Shown: piece by piece, positions 36,428-47,806 of the stretch | Position numbering within the stretch: the stretch's first letter is position 1 | Layout of the letters: every line of letters starts with the position of its first letter | Source: Lama glama | Lineage: Eukaryota | Direction: 5' to 3' | Assembly: GCA_028534125.1 (NCBI GenBank) | Contig: CM052818.1 | Span: 42,720,001 to 42,784,000, forward strand | Length of the DNA stretch: 64,000 bases | Notes under the pieces: generated by a model | The model's input: only the letters and a program-made list of their open reading frames with translations | Databases searched by the model: none | Told to the model about the DNA's origin: nothing | Made by a program: the position numbers and the translations under genes

Positions 36428-37780
36428 CATGTTAGGGTTTTCAGTTTCTCTGTTTCATTTTGTGTCAGTTTTGATAAGTTCTGTTTTTCAAGGATTTTTT
36501 TCCTGTTTCATATAGTTTGTTAACTTTTATGTATAAAATTGTTCATAATACTTTCTGATTCACAGTAGTGAATAACCTTTTAAAAAAATCCTTGATGTTA
36601 GTCATTTATGTTTGCTCTCTTCTATTATTCAACTTGGGGAAATTATTTTTTCCCATTAGAAAGAAAAATCTTTTGGCTTTGTGCTTTTTCTCAATTTTGT
36701 GTATTTTCCTTTTTATTGATTTTGGCTCTTATTTTTAACTTAGTTTGTGTTTACTTTGTTATAATTTTTCTAGCTCCTTAGATCTTGGGATCACTGATTT
36801 TAAATTTAAAGCATTGGAAGCTATAAACACCCTTCATATCAGTGCTTCCTCTTGCATCTCTCACGTTTTGATATATTGTTTTGCATTATCATTCAGTTAA
36901 AAATATTTCAGAATTTTCTTAGTGATGTCTTCTTTAACCCAGGGATTATCTATGTGTGTTATTTAATTTCTAAGTATTTAGAAATATTCCAAATTTTGTT
37001 CTGTTACTGATTTCTAACTTAATTCTGTTGTGCTCAGAGAACACAGCTTTTATGACTTAATAATTTTAAATTTATTAAGAATTATTTTGTGGCTTAGCAT
37101 ATGATCTGACTTGCTAAATGTCTCAAGCACACTTGAAAAGAGTATTTATTCTCCGGTTGTTGAATATGGTGTTTTCTAAATATCAATTAGGACAAGGTGG
37201 TTGCTAGTGCTGTTCGGATCCCCTATAGATTTTTTCTTGTTGTATCAATTTTTGAGAAAATGTTTTTAAATCTCCAACTGTGATGGTGTAACTTTCCATT
37301 TTTCTCTTCAAATTCATCATTTAATGCTTCGTGAATCTTTACGTTGAAGCTCTGTGTTAGGCACTTACACGTGGATGAGTATTATCTCTTTCTAATGGAT
37401 TGATTATTTAATCATTATGCAAAGTTTGTCTTAATTTCTAATGCTGCTCTTTGTCTTGATAATATCAATAGTAGTAACAGATTCATAGCCTTACATTTAC
37501 TGTTAGCGTAGTATATCCTTTTGCATCCCGTTTACTTTCAACTCATCTGTGTTTTTATATTTGGCATGTGTGTCTCGTAAATAGCATATATTTACATCTT
37601 GTATTTGATCAGTTTTTATAGTCTGTCTTATTTGGAGTTTAATGTTGATATGGTTGGATTATTATTTTACTATTTGTTTCCTATTTGTTCCTTCTGGTTT
37701 TTGTTGTTGTTCTGTTACTCTTTCCTTTCTTTATTTGGATTATATATTATAATTACATTCTATTCTATCTGTTGAAGGTA

Positions 37781-37786
<6 letters not shown>

Positions 37787-37815
<29 letters not shown>
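37787..37815. repeat. (TG)n microsatellite
   Basis: About 14 uninterrupted TG units. Confidence 0.95.
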
Positions 37816-37818
<3 letters not shown>

Positions 37819-38914
37819 GTGGCTTTTCTATGGATTACTTTATACACCCTTGACATTGCACAGCCTACTTAGAGTTAGCATTGTACCATTTCACATAAGA
37901 TGTAGAAAACTTGAAACTACAGAGGTCAGTTGACCCTTGCTCTTTATAGTAGAATCTTCATGTGTGGTACACATGTATAAGGTATCACGCCTCTAAGACA
38001 AATGCAATATTGTTTTTCCTTAAACAGTCTCATGTATTTGTTGTTGATGTTTTCATTTAACTGAACAGGTGTTTATCTCGACTTTAGTCTTAAAGGGAAT
38101 TTTGTTTAGATACAGATTTGTGGGTAAAACATTTCTCTTGTTTCTGTTCTTTAATGATTGTGTTGCAGTCTTTCCTTTCATCCATTGTTAGAAATAAGAA
38201 GTCAGTAATCATTTAATCGTTATTTCCCTATAGCTAATAGGATATAGTATCTAGTTTTATGGTCACATATATGATGTATATTATATGTTACATATAAAAA
38301 TACAGTTACCTTTTTCTTCTCTGGCTACTTCCAAGAGGTTCTAATTTTCTCACTTTTACTAGTGTGACTGTGATGCTCACAGGCATGTTTTACTTCCTGT
38401 GTATCCTTCTTGGGATTCACTGAGCTCCTTAAATCTATGAATTTATATCTTCCTCAGATTTCGGTATTTTTAGTCATTATTTCTCCTCCTTTGTGACGTT
38501 CTCTCTCTAATCCTTTGGAATTCTATTTTCCTGTTGTTAGAATTTTTGATATTGTCCCATTGGTCCCTGGGGATCTATTAACTTATTTCCTTATCTTTTT
38601 TTCCCTCTCTGCTTTATGTTGGATAGTTTCTATTGATCTACCTTCAATTTTAATGACTCTGTCCTTTTCTGTTCTGTTAAACCCATCTTGTGCATTTTTT
38701 TTTTACTTCAAATAATGCCTTTGTTAGTTCTAGAATTTTCAGTTTTTTAGTGGTTTCTTCTTGACTAGTAGGTCTTGTTAATTCATTTCTTATGTGCATT
38801 ATTTCCTTTTTTGCTAATGAGCATGATTATAATAAATGCTTCAAAATCCTTGTCGGCTAATTCTAACATCTGAGTCATTCGGCGGTTACTCGCCATTGAT
38901 TCTTTCCTCTAAAG

Positions 38915-39120
38915 CAGGAATCAGCAAACTGTTTTCGGAAAGGGCTAGACGGCAAAGGGTTTAGGGTCTATGGGTCTCATACAGCCTCTATCATACATTC
39001 TTCTCCTTTTTCCATTTTCCTTCTTCAACAAAGTAATGGCTAAAACCATTCTCGGATCCCAGGCCATACAAAAACAGGCCAAGGACAAGATTCGGTTCAC
39101 AGACCAGTTTCTAGCCCCTC
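38915..39120. mobile_element. MER58 (C-like) hAT MITE nested in the old L1
   Basis: 'caggaatcagcaaactgttttcggaaagggctagac...aaaaccattctcggatcccaggccatacaaaaacaggc...cccctc'. TSD-like ctctaaag/ctctgggg. Confidence 0.75.
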
Positions 39121-39299
39121 CTCTGGGGAACGGGTCACATTTTTCCTATTCCTTTGTCTGTCAAGTATTTTAGATTATATCCAAAGCATTGTGATTTTTA
39201 TGTTATGAAACTCTGGACTCTATCCTAGTCTTCAGAAGAATATTAATTTTTTTCAGTGGTTGTAGCTGGCAGTTAACATGATTGGACTCAAACTATCAT

Positions 39300-39435
39300 T
39301 TTGAACTATGTGCTAGGCACTGTGGTTATTTTTTCATACACATTTGGCCATTAACCCCAACAGTCACATGAGATGGGCTGTATGACCATCTGCATTTTAC
39401 AGACAAGAAATCAGATTTAGCGAGGTTAAATATCT
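39300..39435 (-). mobile_element. MIR
   Basis: 'ctatgtgctaggcactgtg...cattttacagacaagaaatcagatttagcgaggttaaat'. Confidence 0.7.
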
Positions 39436-39439
39436 AGAG

Positions 39440-40225
39440 TTTCCTTCCCTCCCATTTCTTGATGTTTCTTCACCACCCAGCTCAATTCTTCCTTCCCTTG
39501 TGGAGCTTTACCTGATTCGTCCAGCCTTTAATGGCCTCCAGAAAACCATTTTGTAGATACATCTTCTTTGACTTGCAGAATACCTAGCACTGTACTGGAT
39601 GCTTAAAGGACTCAAAAATGTTCTAAATGTCTGTTGATGTGTTAGTATATCAAAATAGAATAGAATTTAGGATATATTGCCTCCATTTCACTGTAATCTT
39701 CCTAAAACACAAATCTCTTCATGGTGTTCTTCTGATGAAAGTCCTTCAGTGTTTCCCCGTAACCCACTGGTGAAAACCCCACCTCTGTTTCTTGTTATAA
39801 AACTCTCTCCATGATCACATCCCTGCCAGTCAGTTCAACCTCACCTCCCACTGCGTCTGCCTAATTCGCCTAAATCAATCTGTTGCAATTAACATTCCAC
39901 CTGCGTTCCTGCTACTCCCGAGCCTGTGTGTCCTCTTCCCCACAAAGCAGAGTCTCCAGGACTCAGCGCAGGGATCATTATCTCTATGACGTGTGTGCTG
40001 TTCCTCCCAGGTGTCCCTGAATCCTAGCATCTCCATGCCCCGACTCCACCCCACACAGAATTTTGTCATAGCATCCAGAAAGTTTTACTACACTTGTTTG
40101 TTTAAATATTTTTCCTTAAATATTTGTTTCCTCCCCTAGATTTTGAAAGTAGGAAATCTGTACCCTCATTTCTGTTACAATGGGACTTAGCGTTATAGTC
40201 AATAAATATCTTAATTAATTAATCA
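39440..40225 (+). mobile_element. L2 3' fragments
   Basis: 'aatcttcctaaaacacaaatct...aaagtccttcagtgtttcccc', ending 'gtcaataaatatcttaattaattaat'. Confidence 0.6.
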
Positions 40226-40239
40226 GTTTTAATTAATTA

Positions 40240-40590
40240 CAGTAGCCACCCCCCTTATCTGTAGGTTCGCTTTCCGCAGTTTGAGTTATCTTTTCCACCA
40301 TTCCCCCTTATCCACAGTCCAAAAATATTAAATGGAAAATCACAGAAACAAACAATGCAGAAGTTTTAAAATGCATGTGTTTCTGAGTAGCATGATGACA
40401 TCTCACACCTTCCTACTCTGTCCCACCAGGATGTGAATCATCCTTTAGTCCAGCATATCCAAACAGTATACACTACCCTTCTGTTAGTATAGGAAAAACC
40501 AGGGTATATATAGGGTCCATTACTATCCACGTATCAGGCATCCACTGGGGGTCTTGGTACGTATCTCTCATGGATAAGGGGGGACTATTC
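40240..40590. mobile_element. MER44-like Tigger (Tc1/mariner) MITE
   Basis: TIRs cagtagccaccccccttatc / ggataaggggggactattc flanked by TA dinucleotides (40238-40239, 40591-40592). Internal 'gtccaaaaatattaaatggaaaatcacagaaacaaacaat'. Confidence 0.85.
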
Positions 40591-41369
40591 TAATGAGTTT
40601 GTTTTTGATACCTTCATTGTTTTAACCTTATAGTTTGGATCCTCTATTCCTTGCTTACCTGCCACTCAAAATGAACTCCTGTGGGTTCTCAGCCACAGAC
40701 CAGAATGTTCACCCCTGTCATCTGCATGGATTCTTTTTGTATTAAATTCATCACAGATCCTCTCATCCCTCATCTTGGAGGGGAGTGAGTCCCTGCTCTT
40801 CTCTGCCTCGTACACCGCTGGCCCACTCACTGGACCACCACCTGTGTGTCACACCACCTGTGTGCCACTTAGGCATATGTCTCCATATGTGGCATTTACA
40901 GAGACTTCCACTCAGGTGCTCGACTGTACCTCACCTTCAAGTACTTACCTTCTTCCCAACTTACCATGAAACAGTTCCATGTTTTAAGATCTTTTTTGTG
41001 TAGTTTTCCCCCACAAAGAATTGCTAACATTTATATAGTGCTTTATAATTTATAGAGATTATTCTACTTAATTCCCCGAGCAATCTTGTGAGTTATCGTG
41101 ATCATCATCGCAATTATCAAGGTTAATATCTTCTGTATGGTGTCAAGCAACACATTGTGGACAGTGGGGGGTCTTGGAAGGAGAGCTCAAGATAAATTTA
41201 ATGAGTATTTGTTGATCACCAAAGTGTGAAAATCATTGGTCTTGTTGCTGGAGGGCATGGAAAGGTGATCAAGTTCTAGTCCTTGTGCTCAGAGAGCTAA
41301 CAGTCCAGTAGGAAGTGGTAGAAGCACCACAGCAATAATAATAGTAAGAAGAGAAGAAGATGATAACAA

Positions 41370-41625
41370 TTGTAGCAACGAGTATGTTTGAGTACCTGCT
41401 ACATGCTAGACATTTTAGTACACTTAATGTATTTATTTTTATCCTCAAAGTAACCTTATGAAATGGGCATTGCCGTACCATTCTTATGGATAAGGAAACT
41501 GAGTTTCAGAGACGTTTAGTGACTTGCTCAAATTTGCACAGCTAGTGGGTGGCAGAGCTGTGCTTCTAAGGATGACCGCCTGGCTCTCGAATGCCTGCTC
41601 TTTCCGCTACACCACCCTGCCTCTT
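41370..41625 (-). mobile_element. MIR (near full length)
   Basis: 'tgagtacctgctacatgctagacattt...gataaggaaactgagtttcagagacgtttagtgacttgctcaa...cacagctagtgggtggcagagctg'. Confidence 0.85.
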
Positions 41626-41969
41626 GGATGCGAATAACTGCAGTACAGAGTGAACCAAGTGATGAAGGAGAACAGAGGACAGAAAGTTCGATACTAGTGA
41701 GGACTAGAGAAGAGCCTGGGATTTGGAGTGGAGGGGGACATACAGTTTTATGGATAATATTGTGTAGGAGAGATTTGGGAAGGAAAAGTACTCAGGTTAA
41801 TTAAAAAAAAACAAAACAGCCTGAGCTCCCTGGGGGAAGGAGGGATTAATCAACTGTGAATTGGGTCCTGAAAAGTAGGTATAGGGTAGACCAGTTAGAG
41901 ATGGACAGATGTCAGTCATTGGGGAAGTAACGTCAGTTGGACCTAGGGGCTGACTGAGTTCTATGGGGG

Positions 41970-42342
41970 TGTGAAGGGCTGAATTGTGTCCCGTGAAAAT
42001 TCACAGGTTAAAGTCCTAACCCCAGGACCTCAGTATGTGACTGTCTTTGGAGTTAGAGTCTTTACGGAGATAAATTAGTTAAAATGAGACCATCAGGGTC
42101 GGTCCTAACCCAATATGGTTGGTGTCCCTACAAGAAAAGAAATTTAGGACTCAAATACCGAGAGGGAAGCCTGTGTGAAGACACAGTGAGAAGGGGGCCA
42201 CCTGCAAGCCAGGATGAGAGGCTTCAGAAGAAACCAGTCCTGCCAACACCAGGCTTCTAGCCTCCAGAATTGTGAGAAAATAAACACTTCAGCAACCCAG
42301 GCTGGGGTACTTTGTTATGGCAGCCGAGGCAAACATAGTGCA
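41970..42342 (+). mobile_element. MaLR solo LTR, MLT1B-like
   Basis: 'tgtgaagggctgaattgtgtccc...aagtcctaaccccaggacctcagtatgtgactgtctttgga...cttctagcctccagaattgtgagaaaataaa...tactttgttatggcagcc'. Confidence 0.9.
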
Positions 42343-43503
42343 AGGAGTGATGGAGAGAAAGGGTTCTATTTTATTTTAATCTAGAAAACTAAAAGAAAAA
42401 AGCCTATATATAATATTATACAATTACAAAAATACATTTTATATATAATATATTTTTGAGAGCATAGGTGGCTGGGAGGGAAAAGACAGGAAGTTTTAAG
42501 GGCATAAATATGTATTAATTGATCCCTTTATTGATTATGCATGGAAATTGGCCAATTCTAGGAACTCGACTGAGGCCAACTCTAAAGCTGCTGGCAATAT
42601 GTAATTTAATGTAACGTGGCATCTTGCAGGTGACCTGGCCTGATCGGTGCTCCTCCTTCGCTCTGACCAGAATGAGAAGGAAATTTCACTGCTGTAATGT
42701 CAGTTCAAGGTTGAAACATGACTTGGCCCTTCTCCTCCTCCAGGGTTTTAATAAAGGTACCAGGGCTGATCAGAGATTGGAATCATGCTTCGCAGACCTG
42801 CGGCTGCTTTTAACTTCACAGAAGTAATTGAGATTTATGAACTCCTTATTAGCTCCTTAAAATAAAATGAGGAACTTGAAATTCCCATCTGTCAAGATTA
42901 GGGAGGGAAGTATTTATTTTTGCTTTTAAAATCTTACTTTAATGAAAATGATTCCTTTTCACCTTTCCCCTTTTCTATGACTTGGGAATAATGGTCCCAT
43001 GAAGAGTTAAAGAGGGGTTAGGACTAGAAAAAGGGAAAGCCTGAATCTTTATCTTCAATTCTGCAAATATGTTGAGTATGTGCCAGAAATCCTGCCAGGC
43101 TCTGGGGATACAAAGATGAATAATACAAGATACCTGATCTCAGTTTGAAGCAAAGTTCTTCTGACTTAAATACATTATATTTTTCACCTACTACATGGCC
43201 GGAAACTTGGAAAACTTTCTCAGTTGGTCTGCATAATGAGTCTTCAAGGTCATTTTGAAGAAAGATTAGATTGCTCAAGGTCAAATAGTGGTAATTGTGA
43301 TTTGATCCCAGCTCTGATTCCAGATTTCTGGAAGCCTGGACTGTTCTTTGGTTTAGGCATCACAGATGGCTTCCACCAACCTTTGGACTCTGGCGTCAAG
43401 TCAGACCAAGCAGAGCTGGCTGGCTGCCGAGAGGAACCAGCAGTGTTGGAGGGCTGGGAATTCATCTGGGGAATATGGTGCCTGCTCAGATCTGCAGAGG
43501 GCT

Positions 43504-43541
43504 GTGTGTGTGTGCGTGCATGAGTGTGTGTGTGTGTGTGT
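43504..43541. repeat. Imperfect (TG)n microsatellite
   Basis: tgtgtgtgtgtgcgtgcatgagtgtgtgtgtgtgtgtg. Confidence 0.85.
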
Positions 43542-44307
43542 AGATTTTTCTCCACTCCTATCTTGCAGTGGATTGTGGTCTTGCTTGTGCAATTCTTCCC
43601 TGGAGTCTATTTTTTGAAATATAATTGAAATCGAAACACCAGTGATTTTTAATCATACTCCCAATTTATATCTCATGTAACCATATGCCAGTGTTCTCGG
43701 AGTGTTACAGGGATACGAATTATGCTGAAATTGGATTAGGCAAATACACATTTTCCTTAAAAAATAGATACCCAGAGCAGTAATTTAATTCCGCCAACTC
43801 TAAAGATTCTCTCAGAAACACCCTGTGTATCTTATCAGCAGCTCGTTGTGAATTTTCTTCTGGGCTACTTTCTTTGCCTTTTCATTTCCTTCCAGAATCC
43901 ACTGTATTTAACAGACATCAGCAACTGCAGGAAGTCAATTTATATCAAAACCATCCCTAAATGTAAGGAAATCAAGTTTTCAGAGGAAACCATCAAGACC
44001 CTTCTTCCATTCTCCAGTTTGGGGGGACACAAAATAGGATGCAATTAGGTACCATTTCCCTGGAAATAGATTCTTTAAGCTATATTGCAGCTTGAGTAAA
44101 CAATTATTAGACCAGAGCTTCAGAACCTAATAGGCTGTGAGACAGGTATTAGCTTCCTGTTCTGTGATAACATCGTGGTGGGCTGAGGACACTGATGGGA
44201 GCAAACACTACCCAAAGGATGTGCTTAGACTGGGGTATTGTAACTCGACATTTTGTTGAAATAATTTCTTCCTAGTAGTAAAGGCAGAGGTTTAAATATT
44301 ACAATTT

Positions 44308-45069
44308 GGGTAACACCAATGCCAAATGTGGGTTTTTCCCCTATATCACTAAGCAGTTAACTCCATCCTGATACTATCTTCCTGGAGACAGCATCAGATC
44401 TTACAGGTTAGGGGTTCAGTCCCCCCCCATCTCCTTCCCCTTCAGGTACCAATAGCAAATCCACGTTGTCACCTGTGCCGCTGAGGGACTGGCTGTAAAT
44501 CAGAGGTTCCCATGACCCTCTCCTCTGGTCTGATTAATTTACTCAAGTGGCTCACAAAACTCAAAGAAACATTTTACTTACACGACTGCCTGTTTATTTT
44601 AAAAGATATAACTCAGGAACAGATAAGTGGAAAAGATGCTTATGGCAAGATATGTGGGAAGGGGTGGGGAGCTTCCCAAATCTCCAAGCCAGAGGCTCTC
44701 AGAACACTGTCTTTTTCGGGTTTTTATGGAGGCGTCATTACATAGGTATGATTGATTGAATCATCGGCCACTGGTGATTGAACTCAACCTCCAGTCCCCG
44801 TCTCTGCCCTGGAGATCAGGGGTGGGACTAAAAGTTCCAACCCTCCAATCACATGCTCGGTTCCCCTGGCAACCAGTCCTCACCGTCTGGTACAGGACAC
44901 AAATCACCGCCTTAACATAAACTCAGATATGGTTAAAAAGGAGTTTGTTATGAGTATCAAGACACCTTTATTGCTCTTACCACTTAGGAAATTTAAAGGG
45001 TTTTAGAAGCTCTAAGCCAGAAAGACAAAGACCAAATGCATATTTCTTATTATGAATCGCAGTATCACA
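44308..45069 (-). mobile_element. MER21-like ERV solo LTR
   Basis: 'cctggagacagcatcagatcttacaggttaggggttcagtccc', 'ggttcccatgaccctctcctctggtctgattaatttactc', 'ggggtgggactaaaagttccaaccctccaatcacatg', ending 'cagtatcaca'. Confidence 0.85.
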
Positions 45070-45164
45070 AACATATAACAGGACAAGAAGTAATATTGGA
45101 GCAAAGAGTCTTCCTCAAACAATTCGCTGGGTGTCTTCCATATGACTTCAGAAGTGACACTGGG

Positions 45165-45370
45165 GTGGGGGTGGCTTCAGTTGTGGCTTCTGGCACCAGA
45201 TGACCTGAGTTTACCTCCCTCCCCTACTCCTTCGCAGCTGTGTGACGTTGGCCAGACTACTTAACCTCTCTGTGTCTCAGGTTCCTCAACAGTTTGCTGT
45301 GAAGATTTTTTGTGAAGTACTTAGAATATTGCCTTGTCCATGATACTATTTATTGAACAAATGTTTTCTA
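45165..45370 (+). mobile_element. MIR
   Basis: 'agctgtgtgacgttggccagactacttaacctctctgtgtctcaggttcctca'. Confidence 0.8.
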
Positions 45371-45394
45371 TTTTCATTTTAGCTCCGTTTAATT

Positions 45395-45960
45395 GGCTAA
45401 GCATAATCGGTTGTGATAGCTCCTGGAACGTGTTACCTCACATAGCAAAAGGGACTTGGCATTCTTTTTCTTCTTCTTCTTCTTTTCTTTTCTTTTTTTT
45501 TTTCTTAATGGAGGTACCAGGGATTGAATCCAGGACCTCGTGCTAAACATGCCCTCTACCACTGAGCTGTACTCACTCTCTGTAAAGGGGCTTTGCAGGT
45601 GGGATTAAGGTAAGGATTTGGGGATGGGGAGATTCGGGTAATCTGGACAGGCCCCATATAATCACAATAATATGGGAAAGAAGGAGTCAGGAGGGTCAGC
45701 CCCCCCAGGGAAATGCGAGGAAGTAAGCTGACTTTGAAGGTGGAGGTGAGCATGCGTCAGGGAAAGCAGGCAGCCTCTAGAAGCTGGAGAAACCAGGGAA
45801 ATGACTTCTCTGGAACTTCCGGAAGGGATGAAGCCCTGCCAACTCCTTGATTTAGTGAGACTTACGGCCTCCAGAACTGTGAGATAGTAAATAATGCGGT
45901 GTATTGTTTGAGCCACTCGCTCCGTGAGAATTTGTTGCAGCGGCCATAGGAAACTACGGC
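45395..45960 (+). mobile_element. MaLR solo LTR, MLT1D-like, interrupted by a SINE
   Basis: 'tgttacctcacatagcaaaagggact|ttgcaggtgggattaaggtaaggatttg...gcaggcagcctctagaagctggaga...ccagaactgtgagatagtaaat...aatttgttgcagcggccataggaaacta'. Confidence 0.85.
45462..45582 (-). mobile_element. tRNA-Ala-derived camelid SINE (vic-1-like), short and more diverged form
   Basis: T-rich tail, then 'aatggaggtaccagggattgaatccaggacctcgtgctaaacatgccctctaccactgagctgtac'. TSD aaagggacttggca (45448-45461) / aaaggggctttgca (45584-45597). Confidence 0.88.
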
Positions 45961-45964
45961 TGAC

Positions 45965-46270
45965 CTTGGGCTATTCCTGAACAGTCAGTGGCTCCCTATT
46001 GCTTCTAACAAGAAACACAGGCTTCATGGCCGAAAGCGTCCTCACACTGTGACTTCTCGGCCACGTTTTCTACGGTTCCCACGCGAGAGCTCTGTTCTAC
46101 AGCAAAACGGCTTTACTTTCTTTATCTAATTTGCCTCCTGTGCCATCTTCTCTGTCACCACAGTGCATTTTGATTTTGCCTCGAAAGACCTTCTTCTCCT
46201 CTCGCTATCAAAAAATCATTTCCCATCCTTCAAGGCCAAGATCAAATGCTTCCAAAGCCTTTCCAATCTT
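45965..46270 (+). mobile_element. L2 fragment
   Basis: 'cagtggctccctattgc...cccatccttcaaggccaagatcaaatg'. Confidence 0.55.
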
Positions 46271-47226
46271 AGCTGGCCCTCTAGCCTGGCTCACAGATCT
46301 GCCCTCAAGGGCTAAGCAGTGTGTGGATGGAGCTGGCTGGTAGAAAATATTCAAACAGCTGAGGCAGGAGTAGCTTCAACAGCCAACCTCTGCCACTGCC
46401 AGCCTGCAGAGCTGCAGGGGACGTGTCACTGACCTCGGGCCTCCGGGGCATTCTCTATTCTCAGAGGCCAGGGGTTGAGCTTGAGATTTTTGAGCCCTTG
46501 GCTTCAGAGCCTTGAGGTTTGGGCAGAAGCTCTGCATCCTGGTTCCCATGAAGATGCTCAGGCTGTTGCTGGTTTCTGGCATCAGATCCCCAAGTTGGTG
46601 GCCAGACCGCTGTGTGCCTGCTGTGGGACCCTCCTTCCCCCTCCCACACACAATCCTTTCCACATACAAAGCTCCAAGTGTTCATTTCACTTTCCAGATC
46701 AGATTTATTCACCGAAACATGGCACCTTACCAGTATCTAACCCCTGTCCCCCTCCTCCCTCATACCCCATGCACTAGGATTCCTTTGTCAAAGAAACAAG
46801 ACCATTATGATGTATTTTAACATGAAAATCACTTCTTTTAGTTGAGAGGTCGAGATATAGAAATGATCGTGTTTTAAAAAAAAGAATCTTGACTGATTCA
46901 TTTATAAAATCTGAGGCTTTTTTTGGGTCAAGAATGAAATAAGGTCAGGGTAGGACTGAGAACCTAGTGACCTAGGGATGTCCATTTCCATGAGAGTGGG
47001 TGCTCCCAAATAACCAGTTCAGTTCAGGGAGCAAAAATGAAGAAACTGGAGAGGAAAGAATTTAGCCAAGTTCACACAGCAATGAATGACTAGACTCCTG
47101 ACTTGGTCCTTAGTTCTTATCTACTTTCTGGTAGTATAAAATGACTAATTCTTATTTTCTTTACTCCTATCTGATTCTGCCAACTCTTTTCTAGGTGGAA
47201 TCAGAAAATGTGTAATGATATGAGAA

Positions 47227-47806
47227 TTTTTTTTAGATTCCACATATGAGTGATATCAAATGGTATTTTTCTTTCTCTTTCTGGCTTACTTCACTTAGAA
47301 TGATGATTTCTAGGTCCATCCATGTTGCTGCAAATGGCATTATTTTACTTTTTTGTGGCTGAGTAGTATTCCATTGTGTGTAGTGTGTGTGTGTGTATCA
47401 CATCTTTTTTAATCCAGTCATCTGTTAACGGACATTTAGGTTGTTTCCATGTCTTGTCTATTGTAAATAGTGCTGCTGTGAACATTGGGGTGCATGTGTC
47501 TCTTTGAATTATATTTTTCTCTGGATCATATGGTAAGTCAAGTTTTAGTTTTTTAAGGAACCTCCATACTGTCCTCCATAGTGGCTGCATCGATTTGTAT
47601 TTCCACCAAGAGTGTAGGAGGGTTCCTTTCTCTCCACACCCTCTCCAGCATTTATCATTTGTAGACTTTTTAATGATGGCCATTCTGACTGGTGTGAGGT
47701 GATATCTCATTGTAGTTTTGCATTGCATTTCTCTAACAATTAGCGATGTTGAGCATCTTTTCATGTGCTTTTTGGCCATCTGTCTGTCTTCTTTGGAGAG
47801 ATGTTC
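47227..47806 (-). mobile_element. L1 fragment: ORF2 C-terminus plus start of 3'UTR (camelid-type)
   Basis: ORF 47345-47929(-) contains '[44 protein letters not shown]...[17 protein letters not shown]...[19 protein letters not shown]', the L1 ORF2 cysteine-rich C-terminus. It ends at an internal A-run. Confidence 0.92.

Larger units (their letters stand above)
35415..39300 (-). mobile_element. Long decayed old L1 (L1M-type; ORF2 RT/EN region extending toward ORF1), with younger inserts
   Basis: The reverse strand near 35440-35475 translates FVDDMIAYMENP (L1 RT FADD motif) and near 35585-35615 GSGTRQRCLL (GTRQGCPL motif). T-rich L1-like sequence continues to about 39300. No intact ORF. Confidence 0.85.
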
